Origin: a virus
Lineage: Duplodnaviria > Caudoviricetes
Direction: 5' to 3' (one strand)
Length of the DNA: 59,599 nt
IMG/VR virus record: IMGVR_UViG_3300043618_000014
Location: 1-59,599 of that record
Shown here: positions 37,034 through 47,021 of the stretch, one piece after another
Layout: each line of letters begins with the position of its first letter
How positions within the stretch are numbered: the stretch's first letter is position 1
The notes under the pieces: model-generated
The model's database searches: none
What the model saw: the letters and a program-made list of their open reading frames with translations, nothing else
Told to the model about the DNA's origin: nothing
Made by a program: the position numbers and the translations under genes

Positions 37034-37639
37034 CTACGCATTGCGCTGCCACCCACCGCCGCGTCGCGGGCGTGGCCTGCGACGCGGTGACGGCGCGCGT
37101 ACGGGACGCGGCCCCGCACCGGGGATCTTCGCCGCGTCGCGTCCCGCGCGGACGCCCGCTGCGGGCGCGCCGTTCCTTCCGGCGAGACGGTTGATCAGGC
37201 TGCGGGCACGGGAGATCAGGCCCGGGTCGGCAGCCGCTTCGAGCGCTTCCCGCATGAAGGGGTTGGGACGGGAGCCACGGACGGACGCCGCGAACACGTA
37301 CCCGGTCGAACCGCGCGGCTTGAATCGCAGCGCTTTCGCGGACACGGGTCGGATCGGTTGACCGCTCCGGCCATAGATCCCGGTGCCGTCGTGGTGGTAG
37401 CGGGCGTACCTGACCGGGGTGGAGATGGTGACGGCGACCTCACCCCCGACCGTGGCACGGGACAACCGCAGTGAGTTGTGAAGCCTTCCCGAGTCGTACC
37501 CGACCAGCTCTTTGGCGCGTGCCAACACACGCTCACCGCGTTTGGTGATCTCGCGTCCGGTCATCCCGTTCGACGAGTGCAACATGTTGTTGATCGAGTT
37601 GCGGTCGTAGTTCGTGTTGACCGTGGTGCGCCTAGCCAC
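37034..37639 (-). CDS. HK97 gp10-like tail completion protein
   Basis: SGRLHNS, YARYHHDGT, V.GS.PNPFM. Confidence 0.75.
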   Translation of the reverse strand: MARRTTVNTNYDRNSINNMLHSSNGMTGREITKRGERVLARAKELVGYDSGRLHNSLRLSRATVGGEVAVTISTPVRYARYHHDGTGIYGRSGQPIRPVSAKALRFKPRGSTGYVFAASVRGSRPNPFMREALEAAADPGLISRARSLINRLAGRNGAPAAGVRAGRDAAKIPGAGPRPVRAPSPRRRPRPRRGGGWQRNA

Positions 37640-38156
37640 AACAATCGCCCCGGGTGAACCCGACTGTCAGATCGAGCGTCGACCCCACGCACGCGCCCTC
37701 GGGGCCGGCGGGGAGCGTCTGCCCGATGGCGTATTCCGCGATGACGAACGTGTCCATCAGGTCGCGGACGCAGCACGTCACCATGTCGCGGACGGCGATC
37801 GCGTCCGAGAGCATTTGGAACGAGTCGTCCTCAAGGTCCGCGCACGACGGGGAGTTGCCGTTGTTGTCCGGGGACGAGGCGCACCGCAGCGACGCGACGG
37901 CGATGTTGACCATCATGTAACGAGGTGAACAGTTGGACTGCGCGTTCTCCGCGTCGATCACCGGGAACACGGACCCGGTGCCCATGACGCGCCACGAGAG
38001 AGCGAGCATGCCGCAAGTGCAGTCGTCCCAGACGATCTCACCGGGGACGACACACGACCTGCCGGGAGCGCCTGCGGGCGTGGACGTCATCCCCTCGTAG
38101 GCGCAGTCGCGCACGCGTTGAAGGACCGTCCACATGGCGTCGCGAGTGAAGATCAT
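37632..38156 (-). CDS. Putative tail terminator / head-tail connector
   Basis: Synteny; WDDC.CG.L, GP.GAC.G. Confidence 0.6.
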   Translation of the reverse strand: MIFTRDAMWTVLQRVRDCAYEGMTSTPAGAPGRSCVVPGEIVWDDCTCGMLALSWRVMGTGSVFPVIDAENAQSNCSPRYMMVNIAVASLRCASSPDNNGNSPSCADLEDDSFQMLSDAIAVRDMVTCCVRDLMDTFVIAEYAIGQTLPAGPEGACVGSTLDLTVGFTRGDCCG

Positions 38157-39757
38157 GTGGGGATCCTTCCGAACGGATGGTCGACGCTGTACACCCTCGC
38201 CTGCGCCCGCAACCCGTCAGGGTTGTACGTCGACAGGAACAGGTCGGTCATGCGCAACCCGATACGTCCCGACGCGAACACCTCGTTGGGGTCCAGGAAC
38301 GACATGCTCACACCCTGTCGGGTGAGTTGCTGTACCGGCTGCGGTAGCTGACACGAGTTGTCGCAGGCGAGAGCGCGAGCGATCTCGAACGCCAACTCGC
38401 CCACCGCGATCTGCCCCAGGGTGGGAACACCCTCGCCGTAGACGGCGGTCACCGACCACGTACCGGGTGAACCGTTGGGCACCGACAGGTTGTTGCACCG
38501 GGGGAACTCCCCGCCGTCCTGCCTGATGAGGTCGCGGTAGTCGTAGAGCTGGTACGCCGAAGCGGGCAGGGACTGACCGTCTATCACCACGGAGGTGATC
38601 GAGCTGACTGGCGTAGGAAGGCGTACGTGCGACACGCGCGAGCACGAGCACCCGTTGGAGCAGAGGCCGCACACGACGTTCGTCCACACACCCTGGTAGA
38701 ACCGGGGGCGTGGGTAGGTGGGCCAAGCCCACCATCCGTCGTAGCGGTAGAGGTCGTCCTCACAGTCCGCGCGGCACGGTCGCATCGTGGTGGTGCACAG
38801 GGAGAACCGTCGGCCCGAGCGAACCCATAGAAGGTCGGTGGCCGCTTGTAGGGCGACACCTGTCACGGCCATGACTTCGGCGGACATGGGGCACGGCCAG
38901 AGCACCGGCCACACCTCGCAGGGACCGTCCACGAACGTGGTCACAGTGGCCGTCCCTCCGCCGATCGGGGTCACGGCGTTGGCCGTGTCGTGCTCCGTGG
39001 CCAACCCTACGGTGATCGACTTGTGGGCGGTCACGGCGTTGACCGTGTCGTGCTCCGTGGCCACGGTCACGGCCACGGACTTGCCCGCCGTGACCGCGTT
39101 GACCGTGTCGTGTTCGATGGCCGTGACCGTGGTCGACGTCTTGCGGGCGGTCACGACGTTGGCCGTGTCGTGCTCCGTGGCCGTGACCGTGGTCAGGGAC
39201 TTGCGCGGAGCGACCGCGTTGGCCGTGTCCGCCTCGTTGGCCGGACCCGCGTTGCCGGTGACCGCTCCCGATGCCGCCTCGAAAACGACATCGACGAAGT
39301 AGCCGTTGCCGTTGAACGAGTCGTTCGGGTACGCGTTGCCCGCGATGAACTTGCCGTTCTCCTCCGTGGGAGTGTCGGCGGTCGCGGTCAGGTTCCCATT
39401 GATGATCGCGGACGCGAACAGGGCACTCGTCGACACGTACTCGCCCAGGGGCGTATACACGGCCGTGACGTACGGCTGCCCGGCCGTGACCGGGACGGAC
39501 ACGGCGGTCGTGTTCCACGCGCCCGGTGTGGGTGCGACGAAGTTGTTGGACCCCAGGAGGGTGCCAACCGTGTTCGACGTCCACGAGTACAACCGACCGG
39601 TGATCGTTCCGACCGTGGGAGAGGCGGGGAAGAACCAGCGGATGGCCGTGATCGTTCCGTTGACGGCGGGGACGAATCGCGTCCCGAGAGTCAGTTCGAC
39701 CCCGTCGTCTTCGTCGGCGTTGGCCGGCGTCTGTACGGTGAAGATCGATTCGGCCAC
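38153..39757 (-). CDS. DUF4082-like domain + 20-aa repeats + head-to-tail adaptor fusion
   Basis: ELTLGTRF...GTITAIR.F...YFVDVVF; ATEHDT repeats; C-terminal C.LP..VQQLTRQGVS...G...DLF....NP. Confidence 0.7.
   Translation of the reverse strand: MAESIFTVQTPANADEDDGVELTLGTRFVPAVNGTITAIRWFFPASPTVGTITGRLYSWTSNTVGTLLGSNNFVAPTPGAWNTTAVSVPVTAGQPYVTAVYTPLGEYVSTSALFASAIINGNLTATADTPTEENGKFIAGNAYPNDSFNGNGYFVDVVFEAASGAVTGNAGPANEADTANAVAPRKSLTTVTATEHDTANVVTARKTSTTVTAIEHDTVNAVTAGKSVAVTVATEHDTVNAVTAHKSITVGLATEHDTANAVTPIGGGTATVTTFVDGPCEVWPVLWPCPMSAEVMAVTGVALQAATDLLWVRSGRRFSLCTTTMRPCRADCEDDLYRYDGWWAWPTYPRPRFYQGVWTNVVCGLCSNGCSCSRVSHVRLPTPVSSITSVVIDGQSLPASAYQLYDYRDLIRQDGGEFPRCNNLSVPNGSPGTWSVTAVYGEGVPTLGQIAVGELAFEIARALACDNSCQLPQPVQQLTRQGVSMSFLDPNEVFASGRIGLRMTDLFLSTYNPDGLRAQARVYSVDHPFGRIPT
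38970..39240. repeat. 60-bp tandem coding repeats (4-5 units)
   Basis: CGTTG(G/A)CCGTGTCGTG.TC..TGGCC recurring every 60 bp. Confidence 0.85.
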
Positions 39758-39765
39758 GTCGCTCC

Positions 39766-40212
39766 CTAGTCCGTGGCCTGAGCCAACCCGGCCGTGTTGA
39801 TCGCTGCGATGATGTCGGTCCCGTCCGGGGTGACGACGAAGTCGACCTTGACCAGCGGGATGAGATCGGCGTCGGTCCCGCCACCGGTGTCCGGGTCGTA
39901 CGCGACGAGCAACGCGCCCAGGGCGTTACCGGTGGCGAGTAGCCACGTCACATCGTCGATGTCCACCACGTTGCGGTCGGTCGTGTTGTTGACCGTGACC
40001 GTCACGCCCGTGGCCGTCTTGCGGCCCATCACGGTCTGCTCGTTGGTGGTGCCCGCAAGCAGTGCCGCTACCGTCGCGTAGTCCTTCAGGGTCGCGTCCG
40101 CCTCAAGGCCGGCCGCTTCCAGGGGAATGACGATGAGCGCGTCCGACGCGGCGGGGAGCGTGGCACGGAAGGCGAACATGCCCTTGCTCACGTTGAAAAC
40201 GAAGTTTGCCAC
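39766..40212 (-). CDS. Virion structural protein (putative)
   Basis: Within structural operon; Thr/Ala/Val rich. Confidence 0.65.
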   Translation of the reverse strand: MANFVFNVSKGMFAFRATLPAASDALIVIPLEAAGLEADATLKDYATVAALLAGTTNEQTVMGRKTATGVTVTVNNTTDRNVVDIDDVTWLLATGNALGALLVAYDPDTGGGTDADLIPLVKVDFVVTPDGTDIIAAINTAGLAQATD

Positions 40213-40272
40213 GGAACACCCTTTCGAGGGGAAGTCCCCTCACCCGATCGGGTGAGGGGACCAACGGGACGA

Positions 40273-40941
40273 CTACAGCGGGACGGCGCCGCACACCGCG
40301 AGCGGCGGCGCGACGGTGGTCACGTTGTGTAGGTAGTGCTCGCCTGCCAGGAGCACGTTCGTCCCGAGACCCGTGGTCAACGCGCCGATGGACGTCGGCC
40401 ACGCGGTGTACCAGGACTTCGTTTCCGACGTGAAGTTGAACGTCATCACGCCCTGCTCGAAAGTCCAGTCACCGACCATCGTGTTGCCGACGTTCCCGAA
40501 CAACCAGTACATGTACTGGGCGAGACCGCCCGGGGCGCAGGCGCCGGCGCCGCTGATCGGCTGCCACACTTCAAGGCTGTACCGGCCGGTGAGGGTTCCC
40601 TCGCCGTAGGCCACGCCCGTGCCGGTGGCCGGCGCACCGGTCGTCAGCAGTCGCTCACTGGTGACGATGGCGATCATGTCCGGGTCCATCGTGCACAGCG
40701 TGATGGTGAGGTTGACCCGCTTCAGTTCGTTGGGGTCCTTGTCGTTCACGCACAGGTCGCCGTTGGCGGTCTTCTGAACGTACTCCGTGCCCTCTTCGTA
40801 CTGAGGCGACACACCCACGGAGATGAACCCGCCGAACGTGGAGACGGCGCTGCCGACTCCCGATACGGGGACACCGCACTCGTTGAGCTTGATCAGGCGC
40901 AGCACGCGCGCCTTGATCGGTGCCACGCAAATGGCAGCCAC
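40273..40941 (-). CDS. Major tail protein
   Basis: R..KL..CG.P, EEG.E...K.ANG..C; followed by terminator 40234-40261. Confidence 0.8.
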   Translation of the reverse strand: MAAICVAPIKARVLRLIKLNECGVPVSGVGSAVSTFGGFISVGVSPQYEEGTEYVQKTANGDLCVNDKDPNELKRVNLTITLCTMDPDMIAIVTSERLLTTGAPATGTGVAYGEGTLTGRYSLEVWQPISGAGACAPGGLAQYMYWLFGNVGNTMVGDWTFEQGVMTFNFTSETKSWYTAWPTSIGALTTGLGTNVLLAGEHYLHNVTTVAPPLAVCGAVPL

Positions 40942-40956
40942 TTACATCACTCCCCT

Positions 40957-41850
40957 TTACGTGGGCGGGGCCACGGGCGCGGCCACGAGACAGCACGAGT
41001 ACCCCAGGAGCACGGTCCGTTCGGAGAGCGCTTCCACGGTGTCGACAGAACGATCGAGAGTCTCCGACGCACTGATCGTGCGTAGGGCTCCTCGGTAGAG
41101 GAACACGGGCGGAGTGGCGTAGATCCACCCACCGCCCGGCGGAACGGGTGGTGTGGCGACGCCTGCGGGTGACGTGTTCGGGTAGCCGCTACCGGCGACC
41201 ACGGTATTGCCCGCATAGGTCTTCAGGCGGGGTCCGTCGCGGTACACCACGTACGCCTCGACGAACCTGGGGAGCAGTTCGGCGGGGATGTGGATCACAC
41301 CTACGCCCGGGTAGCAGTCGGCCAACCCGTTCTCCACCACACCCAACGCGGTCGCCGGATCCATGGCCCCGGTGACCGGGACGGTCGCGGCCATCTGAAG
41401 GGTGGTGCGGCCCTGGTCTTCGAACACGTCCGCGTTCGCGGCCAGGTGGGGGAAGACGACGTTGGGTACGCCCCCAGCCACACCGGTCCAAAACGTGTTC
41501 TCGATCTGCCACTGCTCCCACTTCGTGAGCACTGCGGCGTTGTCCGCTTCCGAGCGTTCGTAGAACCCGGGCGCGGAACAGTCCACCCGTGAGTAGATCG
41601 TGAACGGCGTGGCCGCGAACGTCTCCTCACCGGATGTGGCCACCTTGGGCGCGGCGGCGCCCGAAGTGGCGGGGGTCCCGGTGTAGCACCCCTCGTACGT
41701 CGTACCCACCGGGCCGCAGAACTCTTCCCACTGGACACCCATTTGCCAGTGAGGAGAGCTTGCGGTCCGGGTTTCGACCGCCGACAGCAGACCGTACGGG
41801 GCCGGCGTGAAGCCCGGTGAATCCACGAAGAATCGCGGTGCTCCGACCAC
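40957..41850 (-). CDS. Minor capsid / decoration protein (putative)
   Basis: Directly after capsid gene; YGLLS, HW..GV, G.IH, GSGY. Confidence 0.65.
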   Translation of the reverse strand: MVGAPRFFVDSPGFTPAPYGLLSAVETRTASSPHWQMGVQWEEFCGPVGTTYEGCYTGTPATSGAAAPKVATSGEETFAATPFTIYSRVDCSAPGFYERSEADNAAVLTKWEQWQIENTFWTGVAGGVPNVVFPHLAANADVFEDQGRTTLQMAATVPVTGAMDPATALGVVENGLADCYPGVGVIHIPAELLPRFVEAYVVYRDGPRLKTYAGNTVVAGSGYPNTSPAGVATPPVPPGGGWIYATPPVFLYRGALRTISASETLDRSVDTVEALSERTVLLGYSCCLVAAPVAPPT

Positions 41851-41886
41851 GGCTCACACCTCCTATCCGTTGGTTGTGTCGGGTGG

Positions 41887-43671
41887 TCAGACGTTGCAGG
41901 CGACGTAGTTGGCCGCGCCCGTGGTGCCGTTCGGGCAAATGTTCACGGTGACCAGTCGGGACTGGTGACCGCGTTGCGCGATCAACCAGCACTCTTCCAT
42001 CCACGCTGCGGTGAAGTCGTTGGTCGCGTTGAGGGTGGAGTCTCGGATGACGCCGAGATCGAGCGTCATGCCCTGCCCGAGGATGAACGTCCCCGGAGCG
42101 AAGATCATGAACTGGACGGTGGACGGCCAGAGCAGCGCCGGCGTCGGGCCGCCCGGGAACCCGGCCGCACCGGACTGCCAGTCGGTCACCCACTGAACGC
42201 GGACGTTCAGCGCGTCGAACAGGCTCATCAGGGTCGCGTCGTTGTACGCCTCGATCTGCACGCCGGTGCGACGGCGCAGGTCGCTACGCATGGTGCCGCG
42301 CAGCCAACGCGGGAGGACGACCTCAAGGACCGCCGTCTCACACATGCGGTACAGCTCGCGGTAGTCGATGGCCTGAAGCTCGATCGCTCCGAGCACGTTG
42401 GCCACGACACCTGCGGCCGGGGCACCGAGACCGGTGAAGCCCGACACGGCGATCGAGGAGGCGATGAGCTGTGCGATACGCAGGCCGTTGATCTTGTGCG
42501 CGTTCGCGGCCTGAAGGAGGGTAAGGAAGTTGTCGATCGTCTCCGGGTACGCGTCACTCGTGAGGTTGCCCGCCGTGAGGCAGATACCGTCACAGGCCAG
42601 ACGCGCCTCAAGGAAGTCCGGGCACGGGGCGCGGTCACAGGTCTTGACCCCGGACTGCGCGGTGCCGGTGACAGCGGCCACGTCCTGGGTCTCGGTCCAG
42701 TGCCACAGACCGTCCGACGCCGCGACCTCCGCGAAGGTGGGGCTGATCGGCCAACGCAGGCCACCCCGCTCGATGCCCGTGGTCGGGAGGTCCAGGAGAC
42801 CTTCCGCGTTGGTGCAGACGATGTTGAACAGGTCGTAGTCGATCTGCGACGGGGCGCACCAACCGCCGGCCGCTACGAGTGCTTCCATGTCGTTGCTACG
42901 GGCGAGAAGGGTTTCGAACTTCTCGCGGTCGTAGGACGGCGACATGACCAGCGGGTGGTTGCGCTGGAACGACGCGATCGGGACGCGTTCCCCGCCACCG
43001 TGCACCGGGCGCAGGTGCTTCGATCGGGCGATGACCGCGCGGGTGAGCGCGTCGCCGTCGGTGATGTTGGAGCCCGCCGTGAAGCCCGGGATGTCGGACG
43101 ACGCCACGAGGACGCTCTCCGAACGGGGCCCCTCGAACTTCGGCGCACGCGCCTTGATCTCGGTCATCGTCGGGTTGAGCTTCGCCGACTTCGCCTCGAT
43201 CGCCGGACGCGTGGTCGCGGGGGAGTAGTGCGTGAGCGCAGCCGCGACCGCTGCGGTGGTGGCTGCCGCGACCAGTTCGGAAAGCTCTGCCGGACTGTCC
43301 GGAACGGTCACGGTCTCCCCTTCCGGGGTCTCCTCCGCCACGACGGCGGTCTCTTCGGCGACGGTCTCGACCGGGGCGACTTCGTCCGCCGGCTCTTCCA
43401 CGACGGCCGGCTTGGCCCGCTCGCGGAGCGCGTCCCGCTTCGCGGTCGCTTCCGCCGCGACAACGCCGCGCCGCGCGATCTCCGCGTTGGCCGCGTCGAT
43501 CGCGTCCAGAAGTTCGGTCGCGCGTGCGATGTTCTCCTCGGTCGTCTCGGCGTCGTCCGCGAGCAGAGGATTGACCTCTTCGCGCGCCGCGACGTTGAAC
43601 GCTTCGAGTTCCCCCGGGGTCAGCGCGGTGAAGCTCTCCGGGATGGTCGTTCCACTCACGATGGACCCCAA
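41887..43671 (-). CDS. Major capsid protein with N-terminal scaffold-like region
   Basis: Acidic coiled N-terminus; LVAAGGWCAPS..YD, LLDLP...RGG; start could be GTG 43659. Confidence 0.88.
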   Translation of the reverse strand: MGSIVSGTTIPESFTALTPGELEAFNVAAREEVNPLLADDAETTEENIARATELLDAIDAANAEIARRGVVAAEATAKRDALRERAKPAVVEEPADEVAPVETVAEETAVVAEETPEGETVTVPDSPAELSELVAAATTAAVAAALTHYSPATTRPAIEAKSAKLNPTMTEIKARAPKFEGPRSESVLVASSDIPGFTAGSNITDGDALTRAVIARSKHLRPVHGGGERVPIASFQRNHPLVMSPSYDREKFETLLARSNDMEALVAAGGWCAPSQIDYDLFNIVCTNAEGLLDLPTTGIERGGLRWPISPTFAEVAASDGLWHWTETQDVAAVTGTAQSGVKTCDRAPCPDFLEARLACDGICLTAGNLTSDAYPETIDNFLTLLQAANAHKINGLRIAQLIASSIAVSGFTGLGAPAAGVVANVLGAIELQAIDYRELYRMCETAVLEVVLPRWLRGTMRSDLRRRTGVQIEAYNDATLMSLFDALNVRVQWVTDWQSGAAGFPGGPTPALLWPSTVQFMIFAPGTFILGQGMTLDLGVIRDSTLNATNDFTAAWMEECWLIAQRGHQSRLVTVNICPNGTTGAANYVACNV

Positions 43672-43804
43672 CGGGTAGAGGATCTTGACAGCTCGATTGT
43701 GACACTACTAGCTGTCAAGGTACACCCGGGCACAAAGAAGACCCCGGTTCGTGTGAACCGGGGTCTCATTCGCCGCACACCACAGATGGCACGGCGCGTA
43801 CAGG

Positions 43805-44038
43805 CTACTCGTCGTCGGCCTTGCGCACGCGTCGCCTGCGCGGCTTGACGTCGCCCGTATCGGACACGGGCTCTGCCGACGGGAACGCCGACAGCGCGGT
43901 CTCAGCCGCGACGCGGACGGTCGCGGCGAGATCCTCCGCCGCACGCTGCGCCGCGCGCTCCGCTTCCTGCTGCGCCGCGACCTGAAGTGAGGTCGCCTGC
44001 TGGTTCCGTCGTCGCCCCGCTCCACAACAACCGGACAT
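43805..44038 (-). CDS. Small basic protein (MSGCCG...)
   Basis: GAGAGG RBS; followed by hairpin 43740-43767. Confidence 0.65.
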   Translation of the reverse strand: MSGCCGAGRRRNQQATSLQVAAQQEAERAAQRAAEDLAATVRVAAETALSAFPSAEPVSDTGDVKPRRRRVRKADDE

Positions 44039-44039
44039 G

Positions 44040-47021
44040 TCAGATCCTCTCGAAACGCTCCGCGAGCGTCGCGCGCCGCGACGCCCGGTCCCTGTCGAGC
44101 CTACGCTGTAGTGACAGGCGGATCACCTCACGCGGGGTGATCACCGGCTTGACGCCGGGCATCTCCACCGGGACGGACGACGCGGTGATCGCGCCGTCTT
44201 CGATCGTCACACTCGCGCGGGCGCGTGCTTCGGCGAACCCGGGTACCGGGACCAGGAGAGCGGCGGTCAGTTCGCGGACGCCGGCCTTGCGCGGATGCGG
44301 TCGCCAATCGCCGGAGAGACGGCACAGCATCATGCGCTCGATCTGATCGGCGGTCACGCCCGAGAGCAGCGACCCTGCCACCCACACACCGCGTCGGTTC
44401 TCGCCCACCGCGACGCGGGCCACGATGGAACATGAGTTGTCGTAGTGCTCCGTGGCCGCGTCGCCGTCCACACCGCGTCCGGTGGACGCGTGGCCGCAGC
44501 CCATGGTGACCGGTCCGGCCAGCACTCGCGCGCCGCCCACCACCGGAGTCTCGTTGCCCATGAAGCGGGCGTAGTCCACGTTGCGCGGGACGTACACCTC
44601 ACGTCCGGCGAACGATCGGTGCGGCGTGCCGTCGGGTGCGAGGTACCCGTATACGCGTCCCTCGTCGGTGATGGTCAACGCACCGTGCATCTCGACATCG
44701 GTGGGTTCGCCGAACCACTCGGCGGGCGGGGTGTGGCGGACGACGATGGTGTGGTCGTCCTCGGACGATCCCTCACACGCGCACGCGGTCACGACGGTTG
44801 GTTGATCCTTCAACATGATCTCTCCCTCAACGTATGCGGGGATGGCCAGGAGCGTAGCGCCACGGATCCGGCCCGACTGGTAGATCTCCATGGCCGGCTC
44901 TGTGACATCGTCCCCCACGATCTCGCCGTCGATCATGTCCGCCTCGATCGAGACACCTCGCAGGAAGCGACCACGCATCTTGCGATGTACCTCCCGACCG
45001 TCCTCGTCCTCCATGTCGAGAACGCCACTCCCCATCATGTTCGGACCGTCCCGCCACACATCGTCGATGCGACCGACGATCACCGCACCCCCGTGACCGG
45101 GCGCGTCTTCCCTCTGCCACCGAAGCGGCAGAGGGAGGGGAGCTACGTCCAACGACCCGGGCATGAAGAGACGACCGTCCCCAGAGGGGATGCCTTCCAC
45201 GGTGAGCACACCCGACCACGAGCCGTCGTCGTCGACCTGCGGTACCGGGCCCAACCACCCAGGTACCTCGTCCGAGACCTCATCCATGTCGTCAGGTACC
45301 TCGTCCTGCGGCGCGTCCAAGGGGATGTCCGTGACATCGTCGGCGAACGCCACTCGCAGGCGATCGAACGTGACCGGGCCGACCAGTCCCATGGCGGTCG
45401 CGGCGTGCGCGCCCATGTCCTCGGGAGTCAGATCCTCCATGTACCGCAGCGTCAGGTGTGGCACGAACGGGGCGTGTTGCTCCGGGATGGGCAGGTCTCC
45501 GATCACCTCACCGACGTCGCCGTGGATGTCCGGCAGCGCGTCACCCGAGAGGCCCATGACGAGGCACGGTTCACGGTCGTTCGTCGTACCCGGGTTGAAC
45601 ACGTTGACGCTGAAGGCGTCCGCGTCGATCGCACCGCGCCCGGAATACCGCGTCATACGGTCGATCACGTCCGCACGCTGTTCGGGGGTCCAGTCGACAG
45701 CCTCACCGAGGAACGCCATGGTCACGTGCAGTTGATCGACCGGTTCGCCGTCCGGGGACGCGAACCGCGCGGCGTCCTCGGGACGCGGGACAAGGGCGAT
45801 CATGGCGCCCGTGTGACCCGCGTTCGCGCTGGTCTTCGTACCGCGACCCTCGCCCGGCCAGTGTCCCGTTGCCTCGTGTTCGAGGTTGGCGCACAGCCCC
45901 TCGGGATCCTTGGGGAAGTCGTCGCGCAACGCGTTCACGCACCGCGTGAACGAACCAGGCGTACCCCATCCGATCAGTGCCGCTCCCTCACCGGACAACC
46001 AGTATCGCTTGAGTTGTTCGGGCATGGTCGACTGAGCCTCGATCACACCATCGTCCGACGCCACGATCGATTCCTCACTGTCCAGGTTCCACGCCCGCTC
46101 ACCGACCGAGTCGGCTGGCGGTCCACCCTCGCCGATGCCGGACATCCATGGCAACGCTTGATCGGGAGTCAACGCGTACACCATGTCGCACCGACAGTTG
46201 ATCGTCAGATCGGCGGGCGCGGTGGGGTCGCCCGGGTAGAGCATGGGAAACCCACCGACGTCGAACGTCTCGGCGAGAGGTCGCGCCTGCTCGTTCGTCT
46301 CAAGGTGAGCCGGGCGCACCCGGTTGTCGGTGTTCGAAGACCAGACCTTCTCCCCGAAGTACCCGCTGTGCGTCATTTGCGCGAGTGAGGCCGCGTTCGC
46401 GGCCCGAGTGATCTCCGTGCGCGCGATGCGCCGCGCCTTCCACTGCGCGTTGTGGAGTACACCTTGGATGCGCGCCGTGACCTGCTCGACGCTCTCGTTC
46501 GCGTCGCGTCCCTCTTGGATGGCAGCCGCGACGTCCACCCACAGATCGTCACCGATGGTGGACAGGTTGCGGCGGACGGTCTCCATGACGGGGTCGGCGG
46601 TGCGCGGCGGGATGAGCGGCGTCCCCTCGGTGACCAGGTCACGCCAATCCTGCACCGTAGGCGTGTCGACTGCGGGCATACCGGCGTCCACGCGGGCGGC
46701 CCAATCGTCCGGGACGTACGCCGCGTTGCTCGACTGGTCACGGGTGGCGAACGCGGAGCGCGCGAACACGTCCCGTACCCGCGCCGAAAGGCGTGTCACC
46801 CGAGAGCGCCAGATGGTGGGAATGGCCGCGACGTCGTTGTCCGTGGGCAGGCGAGGGTTACGGCGGAAGGCGTCCATCCATCCGGCTGCCACGAGGCGGT
46901 CGGGGACTCCGTCCAACATCTCCTCAAGGGTGGCGTCCATGGCCGCGACGACTTCCGCCGCGAAGCGCACCCCGAGCATGTCCAGTTCGGCGCGCGGGAT
47001 CGGGACGACGGGGACACTCAC
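44040..47021 (-). CDS. MuF-like minor head protein - 2H phosphoesterase - capsid maturation protease fusion
   Basis: RIARTE, K.W...D.RVR.AH, INCRC; LHVTM and PHLTL; SGDGR, GVSIEAD, TLLAIPAY, LSGDWR. Confidence 0.88.
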   Translation of the reverse strand: MSVPVVPIPRAELDMLGVRFAAEVVAAMDATLEEMLDGVPDRLVAAGWMDAFRRNPRLPTDNDVAAIPTIWRSRVTRLSARVRDVFARSAFATRDQSSNAAYVPDDWAARVDAGMPAVDTPTVQDWRDLVTEGTPLIPPRTADPVMETVRRNLSTIGDDLWVDVAAAIQEGRDANESVEQVTARIQGVLHNAQWKARRIARTEITRAANAASLAQMTHSGYFGEKVWSSNTDNRVRPAHLETNEQARPLAETFDVGGFPMLYPGDPTAPADLTINCRCDMVYALTPDQALPWMSGIGEGGPPADSVGERAWNLDSEESIVASDDGVIEAQSTMPEQLKRYWLSGEGAALIGWGTPGSFTRCVNALRDDFPKDPEGLCANLEHEATGHWPGEGRGTKTSANAGHTGAMIALVPRPEDAARFASPDGEPVDQLHVTMAFLGEAVDWTPEQRADVIDRMTRYSGRGAIDADAFSVNVFNPGTTNDREPCLVMGLSGDALPDIHGDVGEVIGDLPIPEQHAPFVPHLTLRYMEDLTPEDMGAHAATAMGLVGPVTFDRLRVAFADDVTDIPLDAPQDEVPDDMDEVSDEVPGWLGPVPQVDDDGSWSGVLTVEGIPSGDGRLFMPGSLDVAPLPLPLRWQREDAPGHGGAVIVGRIDDVWRDGPNMMGSGVLDMEDEDGREVHRKMRGRFLRGVSIEADMIDGEIVGDDVTEPAMEIYQSGRIRGATLLAIPAYVEGEIMLKDQPTVVTACACEGSSEDDHTIVVRHTPPAEWFGEPTDVEMHGALTITDEGRVYGYLAPDGTPHRSFAGREVYVPRNVDYARFMGNETPVVGGARVLAGPVTMGCGHASTGRGVDGDAATEHYDNSCSIVARVAVGENRRGVWVAGSLLSGVTADQIERMMLCRLSGDWRPHPRKAGVRELTAALLVPVPGFAEARARASVTIEDGAITASSVPVEMPGVKPVITPREVIRLSLQRRLDRDRASRRATLAERFERI

